Source: Actinomycetota bacterium | GTDB lineage: Bacteria > Actinomycetota > Acidimicrobiia > Acidimicrobiales > WLNW01 | NCBI GenBank assembly: GCA_009699605.1 | Contig: WLNW01000003.1 | Location: 1 to 49,875, forward strand | DNA length: 49,875 bases | Direction of reading: 5' to 3' | Shown: one piece after another, positions 31,831 through 41,085 of the stretch | Position numbering within the stretch: position 1 is the stretch's first letter | Layout: every line of letters begins with the position of its first letter | Notes under the pieces: model-generated | Databases searched by the model: none | Told to the model about the DNA's origin: nothing | Seen by the model: the letters and a program-made list of their open reading frames with translations, nothing else | Position numbers and translations under genes: made by a program

Positions 31831-32369
31831 TGCTGGCCGCCCTCCTCGCGCAGGCGAACCCCACTGGTGACGGCCTCTTCGTCGCGCAAAACATCGCCTT
31901 CGGCGTTATCGCGGCGGTCATGTTGGTCTCGGCGTGGCGGGTCGTCACGACCAAGAACGTGGTGCACGCCGCGCTCTACCTCGTGATCGTGCTCGCCGGC
32001 GTGGCCGCCCAGTTCCTGTTGCTCGGCGCCGAGTTCATCGGCGTCACGCAGGTGCTCGTCTACATCGGTGCGGTCATCGTGCTGTTCCTGTTCGGCATCA
32101 TGCTCACCCGGGCGAAGCTCGGCGAGGATGACACCGTGGCTCGCGAGCACCGGCTCATGGCGGCGCTTGTCGGCGTGCTGCTCTTCGGCGTGATGGCGTG
32201 GGCCGTCGTCGACGACTACAGCGACACCCACGTCGACATCGTGTCGCCGAACACCACGGCCATGGTCAGCGATGCGATCTTCTCCCAGTACCTGATCCCC
32301 TTCGAGGTGGTGTCGATGTTGCTCCTCGCCGCACTCATCGGGGCCATCGTCGTGGCCAGGAAGGACTGA
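31830..32369 (+). CDS. nuoJ: Complex I-like subunit J (second copy)
   Basis: NVVHAAL, QVLVYIGAVIVLFLFGIML, PFEVVSMLL. Confidence 0.94.
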   Translation: MLAALLAQANPTGDGLFVAQNIAFGVIAAVMLVSAWRVVTTKNVVHAALYLVIVLAGVAAQFLLLGAEFIGVTQVLVYIGAVIVLFLFGIMLTRAKLGEDDTVAREHRLMAALVGVLLFGVMAWAVVDDYSDTHVDIVSPNTTAMVSDAIFSQYLIPFEVVSMLLLAALIGAIVVARKD

Positions 32370-32370
32370 G

Positions 32371-32670
32371 ATGCTCCTCAACCAGTTCCTCCTCCTTGCC
32401 GCGGCATTGTTCTGCATCGGCGTTTACGGCGTGCTGGCCCGCCGAAATGCCGTGCTTGTGCTGATGTCGGTCGAGTTGATCCTCAACGCGGTCAACATCA
32501 ACTTCGTGGCGTTCGGAGCGTTCAACCGCACGGTGGCCGGCGAAGTCTTCGGTCTGTTCGTCATCGCCGTCGCCGCGGCCGAGGTGGGCGTCGGGCTCGC
32601 CATGGTTCTCCTCCTGTACCGCAACCGCAAGAGCATCGACCTCACTGAAGTCGATCTCATGAAGGGCTGA
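32371..32670 (+). CDS. nuoK: Complex I-like subunit K (second copy)
   Basis: RRNA...ELILNAVN...AAAEVGVGLA, C-terminal MKG. Confidence 0.95.
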   Translation: MLLNQFLLLAAALFCIGVYGVLARRNAVLVLMSVELILNAVNINFVAFGAFNRTVAGEVFGLFVIAVAAAEVGVGLAMVLLLYRNRKSIDLTEVDLMKG

Positions 32671-32672
32671 GC

Positions 32673-34940
32673 GTGAACGCCCTCCTGTTAGCCAACGAGA
32701 CAGCCGCAAGCGCTGGATGGATGCTCCGCAACGCCTGGATCATCCCGTTCATCCCCGCGATGTCGTTCCTGCTCATCCTCCTCATCGGCAAGCGCACACC
32801 CGGTAAGGGTCACTGGATCGGCATCGCCGCGGTATCCGCCGCGTTCGTGCTGTCCGCCATCGCAGGCGTGCAGTGGATCCAGCACGTCAACGACGCGCAT
32901 CACGCGTCAGGCTCTGAAGAGCAGGCCTTGTCGGTGGGCGGCGGCACGCTCGCGGCAAAGACCGAAAGCCCCACCGCCGGCGCAGCACCAGCCGAAGGCG
33001 AGTCCGCAGCCGCCGAAGAGGAGCACGTCGCTGTGGCGCCGGTGCGCAACTCGGTCACCTGGTACGAGAACGAGGGCACGAACGTCAAGGTCGGCACGCT
33101 CGTCGACGGGCTCTCGGTCATGATGCTCGTGGTCGTCACGCTCATCTCCCTGCTGGTGCACATCTACTCCACCGATTACGTGCACGGCGACCGTCGCTAC
33201 ACCCATTACTTCGCGTTTCTCAGCTTGTTCACCGCGTCCATGCTCACCTTGGTCATCGCCGAGAACACATTGATGCTGCTCTGCGCCTGGGAGCTGGTGG
33301 GCGTCTGCTCGTTCGCCCTTATCGGTCACTGGTGGGAAGAGCAGCCGAACTCCGACGCAGCCCTCAAGGCGTTCCTCACCAACCGCGTCGGCGACATGGG
33401 CCTCATCATCGGCGTCACCATCCTCTACTTCGCCGCGGGCAAGAGCTTCGACATCGTGAAGATCAACGAGATGGCGAACTCGGGCGAGATCCGGCAGTTC
33501 TTGCTGCTGGTCGCGTCGTGCTGCCTCATCGCCGCAGTGGCGTCGAAGTCGGGTCAGTTCATCCTCCACACGTGGTTGCCCGACGCCATGGCCGGTCCCA
33601 CCCCGGTATCGGCGCTCATCCACGCAGCCACCATGGTCGTGGCGGGCGTCTTCATGGTGGCCCGCCTCTACTCGGTGTTCTTCCACGGTCTCACCATCCC
33701 CGGCTCGAGCATCAACCTCTTGGCGCTCGTCGGTGCGGTCACCCTCATCGGCGGCGCCCTGCTGGCGTTCGTCCAGAACGACATCAAGAAGGTGCTCGCG
33801 TACTCGACCATCAGCCAGCTCGGCTACATGGTCATGGCGCTCGGTGTCGGCGCATGGACCGCGGCCGTCTTCCACCTCTTCACGCACGCCTTCTTCAAGG
33901 CGTGCCTGTTCCTCGGCGCCGGCTCGGTGAGCCATGCGTGCCACCACAGCTTCGACATGAAGGCCGAGATGGGTGGGCTGCGCAAGATCATGCCCCGCAC
34001 CTTCTGGACCTTCGTCATTGCCACCGGGGCGCTCATCGGCATCTTCCCGCTCGCCGGCTTCTGGTCGAAGGACGAAATCCTCGCCGGCACCGGCGGCTGG
34101 CCCGACACCCACGGCACTGGCACGTACTACGCAATGCTCATCATGGGGATGCTTGGTGCCGCGCTCACTGCGGCGTACATGACCCGTGTGATCTACCTCA
34201 CGTTCTTCGGTCAGTACCGCGGGCACAGCCACCCGCACGAGAACGGGCCGCGCATCACCATCCCGCTCATCATCCTCGCGGTGTTCGCGGTCGGTGCTGG
34301 CTTCCTCAACCTGCCGCCGGGCGTGTTCGGTGCCGGCGACGCCCATCACCCCACGGGTTGGCAGGAACGGTTCGGGCACTACGTCGAACCCGTCGGCAAG
34401 TACTTCCCCGACGTCGTCCACGCGACACCGAGCTACCTCCTGGCCATTGTGTCGAGCGCGATCGGACTCGCCGGCGTTGCCGCGGCGTACGCCTATTACC
34501 GCAAGGTCGAGACCCGGTCCCGCGCCGAAGGGCGCAAGCTCACCGAGTTGCCCGACGGCATCACCACCCGGTCGAAACCGGCCAAGGCCTTCCATACGTT
34601 GCTCGTGAACAAGTACTACCTCGATCACTTGTACAACAACGTCATCGTCGCCGGCATCAAGGGCCCAATCGCCCGGGCCGCGTACTGGTTCAACCAGCAC
34701 GGCATCGACGCCTCGGTCAACGCAGTCGGCAAGGGTTCCGTCATCGGCGGCAAGTTCCTCTATACCTACTTCGACCAGAAGGTCGTTGACGGTGCAGTCA
34801 ACGCGTCGGGCACCCTCTCGAGCGGTGTCGGCGAAGAGCTGCGCCACATCCAGACCGGCAAGGTCCAGCAGTACGCGTTGCTCCTCTTCGGAGGCACAAC
34901 CGTGCTCGCCGGCATCTTCCTCATCCTCCTCACTACGTAG
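32673..34940 (+). CDS. nuoL: Complex I-like subunit L (second copy)
   Basis: WELVG, NRVGD, KSGQF, WLPDAMAGPTPVSALIHAATMV, HAFFKAC. Confidence 0.95.
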   Translation: MNALLLANETAASAGWMLRNAWIIPFIPAMSFLLILLIGKRTPGKGHWIGIAAVSAAFVLSAIAGVQWIQHVNDAHHASGSEEQALSVGGGTLAAKTESPTAGAAPAEGESAAAEEEHVAVAPVRNSVTWYENEGTNVKVGTLVDGLSVMMLVVVTLISLLVHIYSTDYVHGDRRYTHYFAFLSLFTASMLTLVIAENTLMLLCAWELVGVCSFALIGHWWEEQPNSDAALKAFLTNRVGDMGLIIGVTILYFAAGKSFDIVKINEMANSGEIRQFLLLVASCCLIAAVASKSGQFILHTWLPDAMAGPTPVSALIHAATMVVAGVFMVARLYSVFFHGLTIPGSSINLLALVGAVTLIGGALLAFVQNDIKKVLAYSTISQLGYMVMALGVGAWTAAVFHLFTHAFFKACLFLGAGSVSHACHHSFDMKAEMGGLRKIMPRTFWTFVIATGALIGIFPLAGFWSKDEILAGTGGWPDTHGTGTYYAMLIMGMLGAALTAAYMTRVIYLTFFGQYRGHSHPHENGPRITIPLIILAVFAVGAGFLNLPPGVFGAGDAHHPTGWQERFGHYVEPVGKYFPDVVHATPSYLLAIVSSAIGLAGVAAAYAYYRKVETRSRAEGRKLTELPDGITTRSKPAKAFHTLLVNKYYLDHLYNNVIVAGIKGPIARAAYWFNQHGIDASVNAVGKGSVIGGKFLYTYFDQKVVDGAVNASGTLSSGVGEELRHIQTGKVQQYALLLFGGTTVLAGIFLILLTT

Positions 34941-34966
34941 CGCGAAGCCAAGGGAAAGAACAGAAC

Positions 34967-36553
34967 ATGGACTTCCTGGAAACCTGGGGAATCAGCATTG
35001 CGGTGTTCGTGCCGGTCATCGGCGCGCTTGTCGTCATGCTCATCCCGAAGTCGTGGGGCGAGGACCTGTACAAGCAGGTCGCCCTTGCGGTGTCGCTCGT
35101 GTCCGGCGGCTTCGGCATCGCGATGCTGGTCAACTTCAACTTCGATGACACCGGCCGGTTGCAGTACCTGGTCGACAAGAAGTGGATCGAAGCGATCAGC
35201 TCGCGCTACATCGTGGGCCTCGACGGCATCTCGCTGCCGTTGTTCCTCCTCACGCTGCTGATCGTGCCGCTGTGCATCATCTACAGCTGGAACCACTTCC
35301 CCGAGCCGCACAACCCGAAGGCGCTTCTCGCGCTGATCCTGCTGCTCGAGACCGGCATGCTCGGCTCGTTCGTGGCTCAAGACCTCATCTTGTTCTTCGT
35401 CTTCTTCGAAGTGGTCCTACTCCCGATGTTCTTCATGATCGCGGTGTGGGGCGGGGAAAAGCGCCAGTACGCGTCGTTGAAGTTCTTCCTCTTCACGCTG
35501 TTCGGATCGGCGCTGATGATCCTCAGCTTCCTTGCGATGTTCTTCCTTGCCGATCCGCACACCTTTGACATGCGTGCGCTGCCGACCGCCCTGCAAGGCG
35601 TCGCACTCAGCACCCAGGTGTTGATTTTCCTCGGCATGCTCATTGGCCTTGGCATCAAGGTCCCGATGTTCCCGTTCCATACGTGGTTGCCCGACGCCCA
35701 CACCCAGGCGCCCACGGTCGGTTCGGTGATCCTGGCTGCGGTGCTGCTGAAGCTCGGCACCTACGGCTTCGTGCGCATCGCGATCCCGATCCTGCCCGCC
35801 GCCGCCGTGAAGGTGGCACCCCTCATCGGCGTGCTGGCGGTGATCGGCATCATCTACGGCGCGCTCGGGTGTCTCGCCCAGACTGACATGAAGCGGCTCA
35901 TCGCGTTCTCGTCGGTGGCCCACATGGGCTTCGTGATGCTCGGCATCTCGACGCTCACCCAATTCGGCATCAACGCCGCGATATTTGGCATGGTCGCCCA
36001 CGGCCTCATCACCGGCATGTTGTTCTTCATCGCCGGTTCGGTGAAAGAGCGCTATCACACCCTCGAGATCTCCAAGCTCGGCGGACTGCTACTCGACGCC
36101 CCCAAGATGGGTTGGCTTCTCGGGCTCTGCGTGATGGCGTCGCTCGGTCTGCCTGGTCTCGCCGGGTTCTGGGGCGAGTTCCCGGCGATCTTGTCGTCGT
36201 ACAGCCCGGCCCATGGGCTCAACGTCGAGCTTTATCGCATCTTCATGGTCATCTCGGCGCTCGGTACCGTGCTCGCCGCTGGCTACCTGCTGTGGTTGCT
36301 TCAGCGCGTCGCATTCGGGCCGAGCAAGAGCCACGGCGACGGTCACGAGCAGATCCACGACATGCACGTCAGCGAGGGTCTGGCGTGGGCCCCGCTGATC
36401 GCGCTCATCGTCGCCCTCGGCGTCTACCCGGGGATCATGTTCAAGTCCACCGACGCCGCCGTGGCCAAGAGCTTGGCCGCCTGTCTCGTCGACGACAAGG
36501 GCCCGACCTGTCCGGAGCTCGCCGACATGCTCCACGCCGAACGAGGGAAGTAA
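34967..36553 (+). CDS. nuoM: Complex I-like subunit M (second copy)
   Basis: KVPMFPFHTWLPDAHTQAPTVGSV, LKLGTYG, GLPGLAGFWGEF. Confidence 0.95.
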   Translation: MDFLETWGISIAVFVPVIGALVVMLIPKSWGEDLYKQVALAVSLVSGGFGIAMLVNFNFDDTGRLQYLVDKKWIEAISSRYIVGLDGISLPLFLLTLLIVPLCIIYSWNHFPEPHNPKALLALILLLETGMLGSFVAQDLILFFVFFEVVLLPMFFMIAVWGGEKRQYASLKFFLFTLFGSALMILSFLAMFFLADPHTFDMRALPTALQGVALSTQVLIFLGMLIGLGIKVPMFPFHTWLPDAHTQAPTVGSVILAAVLLKLGTYGFVRIAIPILPAAAVKVAPLIGVLAVIGIIYGALGCLAQTDMKRLIAFSSVAHMGFVMLGISTLTQFGINAAIFGMVAHGLITGMLFFIAGSVKERYHTLEISKLGGLLLDAPKMGWLLGLCVMASLGLPGLAGFWGEFPAILSSYSPAHGLNVELYRIFMVISALGTVLAAGYLLWLLQRVAFGPSKSHGDGHEQIHDMHVSEGLAWAPLIALIVALGVYPGIMFKSTDAAVAKSLAACLVDDKGPTCPELADMLHAERGK

Positions 36554-36556
36554 CCC

Positions 36557-38050
36557 GTGCTGGCCGAGGTCGCATTCACCGCACCACACGTCGATTTCGC
36601 GGCGCTGGCACCCGAGATCGTCCTCACCGCGGGCGCCGTGCTCGTGATCCTCCTCGACGCGCTCGCGCTCGACAAGATCAAGCCGTTCATCTCGATCATC
36701 ACCGGGGCCACCCTGCTCGGCGCCATGATCCCGATCCTGTGGCTCGCGAACAACGGCGTCGACCGGTCGCTGTTCGGCGGAGCGTTTGTGGTCGACAACT
36801 TCGCCCTCCTGTTGAAGGCGATGTTCTTGCTGTCGGGTTACGTCGTGGTGCTGCTCGCCATGAACTACATCGCCGAAGGCGACTACTGGGAGAGCGAGTT
36901 CTACGCGATGATGCTGTCATCGCTGCTCGGCATGGTGGTCATGTGCTCGGCGCGCGACCTCCTCACGATCTTCGTTGCGCTCGAGCTGCTGTCGATCCCG
37001 GCGTACATGCTCGCCACGTGGCGCAAGCGCGACCTCAAGAGCAACGAAGCCGGCATCAAGTACTACCTGATGGGCGTGTTCGCCTCGGCCATCATGTTGT
37101 ACGGCATGTCGCTCGTTTTCGGCGCGTCGGGCAGCACGCTGCTGACCGACGTCGCGAAGGGGCTCTCTGGCGACAATGTCCGCCCCACCGCGGTAGTCGG
37201 CATCTTGTTCGTGGTCATCGGCTTCGCCTTCAAGGTCTCGGCGTTCCCCTTCCACGCGTGGGCCCCCGACACCTACGAAGGCGCGCCCACCCCGGTCACC
37301 GCGTTCTTGGCAGTTGCCTCGAAGGCCGCCGGTTTCGTGGCCATCGTGCAGCTGATCTACGTCGGCTTCGGCACACGCGAAGATGTGTACCAGCCACTGC
37401 TCTGGGTCTTGGCTGCTGGTTCCATGACCGCCGGCAACCTCATGGCACTGCGGCAGAAGAACATCGTGCGCCTTATGGCGTACTCCGGCATCGCCCAGGC
37501 TGGCTACATGCTCGCCCCCCTCGTGGTGGCGGGCAATGACAAGGTCGGCGATAAGCCCCTGCAGGCCATCGTCGGGTATCTCGTCATCTACGCGGCCATG
37601 AACCTCGGCGCCTTCGGCGTGATCATGGCGGTGGCTCGCAAGACCCGCTCGGCCGAGATCTCCTCGTTCCGTGGGTTGTTCCACTACGCGCCGGCGCTCA
37701 CCGTGGCCATGACCGTCTTCTTGATGTCGCTCGCGGGAATCCCGCCGCTCGCCGGTTGGTATGCCAAGTTCCAGGTGCTCAGCGCGTTGATCTCGGCCGA
37801 GAACGCGTCGGGCGTGGCCATGGGCATCCTCGTGGGCGTCAACTCGGTGATCGCGCTCTACTACTACGGCACGATCGCCCGTTCGATGTGGGCCGACGAC
37901 GCGCCCGATGGCGACCTCACCCCGGTGCGCGTGCCGCCGGCGCTCGTGTCGGCCATTGTGATCACTGCCGCAGTCACCGTGGTGTTCGGTGTCCTGCCGC
38001 AGGCCATCGGCCACTTCACCAACGGCGGTCTCCTGGCCATCGGTGGGTGA
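36557..38050 (+). CDS. nuoN: Complex I-like subunit N (second copy)
   Basis: EAGIKYY, FKVSAFPFHAWAPDTYEGAPTP, RLMAYS, GIPPLAGWYAKF. Confidence 0.95.
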   Translation: MLAEVAFTAPHVDFAALAPEIVLTAGAVLVILLDALALDKIKPFISIITGATLLGAMIPILWLANNGVDRSLFGGAFVVDNFALLLKAMFLLSGYVVVLLAMNYIAEGDYWESEFYAMMLSSLLGMVVMCSARDLLTIFVALELLSIPAYMLATWRKRDLKSNEAGIKYYLMGVFASAIMLYGMSLVFGASGSTLLTDVAKGLSGDNVRPTAVVGILFVVIGFAFKVSAFPFHAWAPDTYEGAPTPVTAFLAVASKAAGFVAIVQLIYVGFGTREDVYQPLLWVLAAGSMTAGNLMALRQKNIVRLMAYSGIAQAGYMLAPLVVAGNDKVGDKPLQAIVGYLVIYAAMNLGAFGVIMAVARKTRSAEISSFRGLFHYAPALTVAMTVFLMSLAGIPPLAGWYAKFQVLSALISAENASGVAMGILVGVNSVIALYYYGTIARSMWADDAPDGDLTPVRVPPALVSAIVITAAVTVVFGVLPQAIGHFTNGGLLAIGG

Positions 38051-38098
38051 GCGCCCGCCCCGAGATGACCGAGCCCGCGGTGTGAACGTGTCCCAGAA

Positions 38099-39133
38099 GT
38101 GAACGCCCTCGCCGCGTCGCTCGCCGCAGTCATCCGACGCGATGGCCCGATCACCTATTCCGCGTTCATCGAGGCGGCGCTGTACGACGCCGATCATGGC
38201 TTCTACGAAACGGGTGGCGCGGCCGGGCGCCGTGGTGACTTCCTGACGAGCCCGGAGGTCGGTCCGCTATACGGTGCCGTGGTCGCTCGCGCCCTCGATT
38301 CGTGGTGGTTCGATCTCGGCTGCCCGGAGGAGTACCCGGTCGTCGAGTGCGGCGCCGGACCCGGGACCTTGGCCCGTTCGGTGCTGGCCGCGCGCCGCGA
38401 GCTGGCGTGTGGCGACGCGCTGCGCTACATCACTGTCGAGCGGTGCGCGACCCAGCGCCTGCGCCACCCGGATGGCGTGGAAGCCCGCGAATCGTTCGAC
38501 CTCGGGCCGTTCACCGGAGTGGTTTTCGCCAACGAACTGCTCGACAACCTGCCCTTCGATCTTCTCGAGTGGCGCGGCGGTGGTTGGCACGACGTACTAA
38601 TCGACGCAGCCGCCGACGACACGTTCACCGAGGTCCTCGGCGACCTGGTCGACAACCCGTCGCGCCCGCCTACAGGAACGGAAGGGGCGCGGTTGCCGCT
38701 TCAACCCGCGGTCACCGCCTTCCTCGCCGACGCGCTGGCCCGCCTCGAACACGGCCACGTCGTGCTCGTCGACTACATGTCCGCCAACACCGGTTTCCTC
38801 GACCGCTCGTGGCCCACGTGGGTGCGCACGTACCGCGGTCACGAACGTGGCGGGCATCCCCTCGACGAACCGGGCACCCAGGACATCACGTGCGAGGTCG
38901 CGCTCGACGCGCTGCTTGGGGTTGCGGCGCCGCGCGAGGTCAGCACGCAGGCCGAGTTTCTCGCCGCGTACGGCATCGACGAACTGGTCGAAGAAGGCCG
39001 GGCCTCGTGGCAGGCCGGTGCGGGCATCGGCGACCTCGCCGCGCTCCGCGGCCGAAGCCGCATCCGCGAGGCAGAAGCGCTGTGCGCCGCCGACGGTCTC
39101 GGCGGGTTCACCGTGATGCACTGGGTACGCTGA
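38099..39133 (+). CDS. SAM-dependent methyltransferase, MidA/NDUFAF7 family
   Basis: GPITYSAFIEAALY...GFY, GDFLTSPE, VECGAGPGTLA, FANELLDNLP, LVDY, PGTQDIT are hallmark motifs of the MidA/NDUFAF7 (DUF185) family. Confidence 0.88.
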   Translation: MNALAASLAAVIRRDGPITYSAFIEAALYDADHGFYETGGAAGRRGDFLTSPEVGPLYGAVVARALDSWWFDLGCPEEYPVVECGAGPGTLARSVLAARRELACGDALRYITVERCATQRLRHPDGVEARESFDLGPFTGVVFANELLDNLPFDLLEWRGGGWHDVLIDAAADDTFTEVLGDLVDNPSRPPTGTEGARLPLQPAVTAFLADALARLEHGHVVLVDYMSANTGFLDRSWPTWVRTYRGHERGGHPLDEPGTQDITCEVALDALLGVAAPREVSTQAEFLAAYGIDELVEEGRASWQAGAGIGDLAALRGRSRIREAEALCAADGLGGFTVMHWVR

Positions 39134-39137
39134 GCCC

Positions 39138-39815
39138 GTGGAAACCGCCGCGGTTCGTACACCGCTCAGCCGTGAGCGCGTCACGACGGCGGCGCTGCTC
39201 CTGATCGACGCCGACGGGCTCGATGCGCTCAGCATGCGCAAGCTCGGCGCCGCGCTCGGCGTCGAAGCGATGTCGCTGTACAACCACGTGCGCAACAAGG
39301 ACGACCTCCTCGGTGCGGTCACCGACAACATCTGCGCCGAGATTCTCCTGCGCTTCGACGCGACCAGCGCGACGCCGCGTACCAGCGACCCCGTGACCTG
39401 GCAGTCGCGCGCCACCGCCATGGCCTACGCGTACTGGACCGTCTCGCGCGAGCACCCCCGTGCGTTTCCACTCGTGAGCTACAAGCCCATCGATTCGATG
39501 AACGGCATGATGATGCTCGCGCGGTGCCTCGAGATCTTCACCGATGCCGGCTTGGCGCTCGACGATGCGGCTGCCGCGTTCAATGCGGCGGCTGGCTGGC
39601 TGCTCGGCACGATCGAGCAGGAGCACCGTCTCATGGGCAAGCTCGTCGAAGGCGGCGGGGTCACCAAGGCCGATGTGCCGGACGCCCTCGGGTCCATCGT
39701 CGACTTCCGCGACGCGTGTTTGGCCACGTCGCCCGAGGAGCGGTTCTCCCTGGGCCTCGAGATCTTGCTGGCCGGCATCGAGGCACGCTTGGCCACCGCC
39801 AGAATCCGGCCCTAG
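39138..39815 (+). CDS. TetR family transcriptional regulator
   Basis: LSRERVTTAALLLIDADGLDALSMRKLGAALGVEAMSLYNHVRNKDDLL helix-turn-helix; TetR-like C-terminal domain. Confidence 0.93.
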   Translation: METAAVRTPLSRERVTTAALLLIDADGLDALSMRKLGAALGVEAMSLYNHVRNKDDLLGAVTDNICAEILLRFDATSATPRTSDPVTWQSRATAMAYAYWTVSREHPRAFPLVSYKPIDSMNGMMMLARCLEIFTDAGLALDDAAAAFNAAAGWLLGTIEQEHRLMGKLVEGGGVTKADVPDALGSIVDFRDACLATSPEERFSLGLEILLAGIEARLATARIRP

Positions 39816-39859
39816 CATCGAATTGAACGCGCAAGATCAACAGCACTGGGGGATGCAGC

Positions 39860-41029
39860 ATGGCTCGGTACTACCAGGTCATTTCCGCTGACGGTCACGT
39901 CGAGACGCCACCGGACCCATGGGTCAAGTACGTCCCGGAGAAGTGGAAGGACCGCGCGCCGCGGCTCATCAACCTCCCCGACGGCGGCGAGGGTTGGATC
40001 ATCGAAGGGCAGCCGCTGCTCAAGAACGGCCAGAACATCACCGGGCGTGGTCCCATCCGCTTCGATTTCGGGTCGTATTACAAGCCCGACGGAAGCTTCA
40101 ACGATGGCGCGGGCGGCCCGGTGCAACGCCTACGAGAGCAGGACGAGGACGGTGTCGATGCCGAGGTGCTCTTCCCGCCAGTGTTCGCGTCGCGGTTCCT
40201 CGAAGGCATCAAGGACCCCGACATCTACCGGTCGATGATCCGGGCCTACAACAGCTGGTTGGCCTACGACTACTGTTCCGTCGCCCCCGACCGCCTCATC
40301 GGCAACTCGGTCACGCCGATCAGCGACATCGACCACGCGGTGGCCGAGGTCGAGTTCGCCAAGAGCGCCGGGCTCAAGAGCGTCGCCTTCTACATGTTTC
40401 CCAACGGCACCGGCTTCGCCCAGCCCGAGGACGACCGGTTCTGGGCCAAATGCCTCGAGCTCGACATGGCCATTTCGCCGCACTTCGGCTTCGGCGAGGT
40501 GCGCGCCCCGGTCGGCCAGCCCGGTGCCGGCACCGCAGGTCAGCCGTACGCGTCGGCACTCGTGCAACGCGCCGGATCGCACGCACCCGTCTATTGCATG
40601 GCTCAGCTCATGGCGGCCGGCGTGTTCGATCGCTTCCCCGAGATCAAGTTCTACTTCGCGGAGAGCAACGCCAGCTGGCTGCCGTCCACCATGTTCTTCA
40701 TGGACGATAACCACGAGATCTTCTCGAACGCCTTCGGGGGACGGCGCATGGAGCTGACGCCGAGCGAGTACATCGCGAAGCACTGCTTCTTCTCGATCAT
40801 CCGTGACCCAGTGGCCGTCGAGCTGGCCGACCACCTACCGATCGACAACATCATGTGGGGCACCGACTTCCCGCACTCGGTGGGTTCGTTCCCGAACTCC
40901 CAAGACTTCCTCGGCTCCGCATTCGCGGGCAAGGACGAGCTCAAGCGCAAGCTCACGCTCGAGAATCCCGCGGCCTACTTCAAGCTCGACCTCACCAAGC
41001 CGATCACGGAAACCCCCGTCTCGGTCTGA
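39860..41029 (+). CDS. Amidohydrolase family protein (amidohydrolase_2 type)
   Basis: ISADGHVE, RLREQDEDGVDAEVLFP, FDRFPEIKF, WGTDFPH. Confidence 0.85.
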   Translation: MARYYQVISADGHVETPPDPWVKYVPEKWKDRAPRLINLPDGGEGWIIEGQPLLKNGQNITGRGPIRFDFGSYYKPDGSFNDGAGGPVQRLREQDEDGVDAEVLFPPVFASRFLEGIKDPDIYRSMIRAYNSWLAYDYCSVAPDRLIGNSVTPISDIDHAVAEVEFAKSAGLKSVAFYMFPNGTGFAQPEDDRFWAKCLELDMAISPHFGFGEVRAPVGQPGAGTAGQPYASALVQRAGSHAPVYCMAQLMAAGVFDRFPEIKFYFAESNASWLPSTMFFMDDNHEIFSNAFGGRRMELTPSEYIAKHCFFSIIRDPVAVELADHLPIDNIMWGTDFPHSVGSFPNSQDFLGSAFAGKDELKRKLTLENPAAYFKLDLTKPITETPVSV

Positions 41030-41035
41030 TCCCGA

Positions 41036-41073
41036 ACGCGCTTCTGCCGAGCGCGCGCTCGGCAGAAGCGCGT
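41036..41073. terminator. Perfect 38-bp palindrome between convergent genes, probable bidirectional terminator
   Basis: ACGCGCTTCTGCCGAGCGCGCGCTCGGCAGAAGCGCGT equals its own reverse complement; lies between the stops at 41029 and 41086. Confidence 0.7.
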
Positions 41074-41085
41074 CTGGCAGCGTTT

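Noticed and set aside
27528-38050. Second nuo cluster as a group 4 [NiFe]-hydrogenase or Mrp antiporter
   Set aside because: NuoD2 lacks the N- and C-terminal CxxC Ni ligands, NuoB2 has the tandem CC of complex I, and NuoA/J/K are present.
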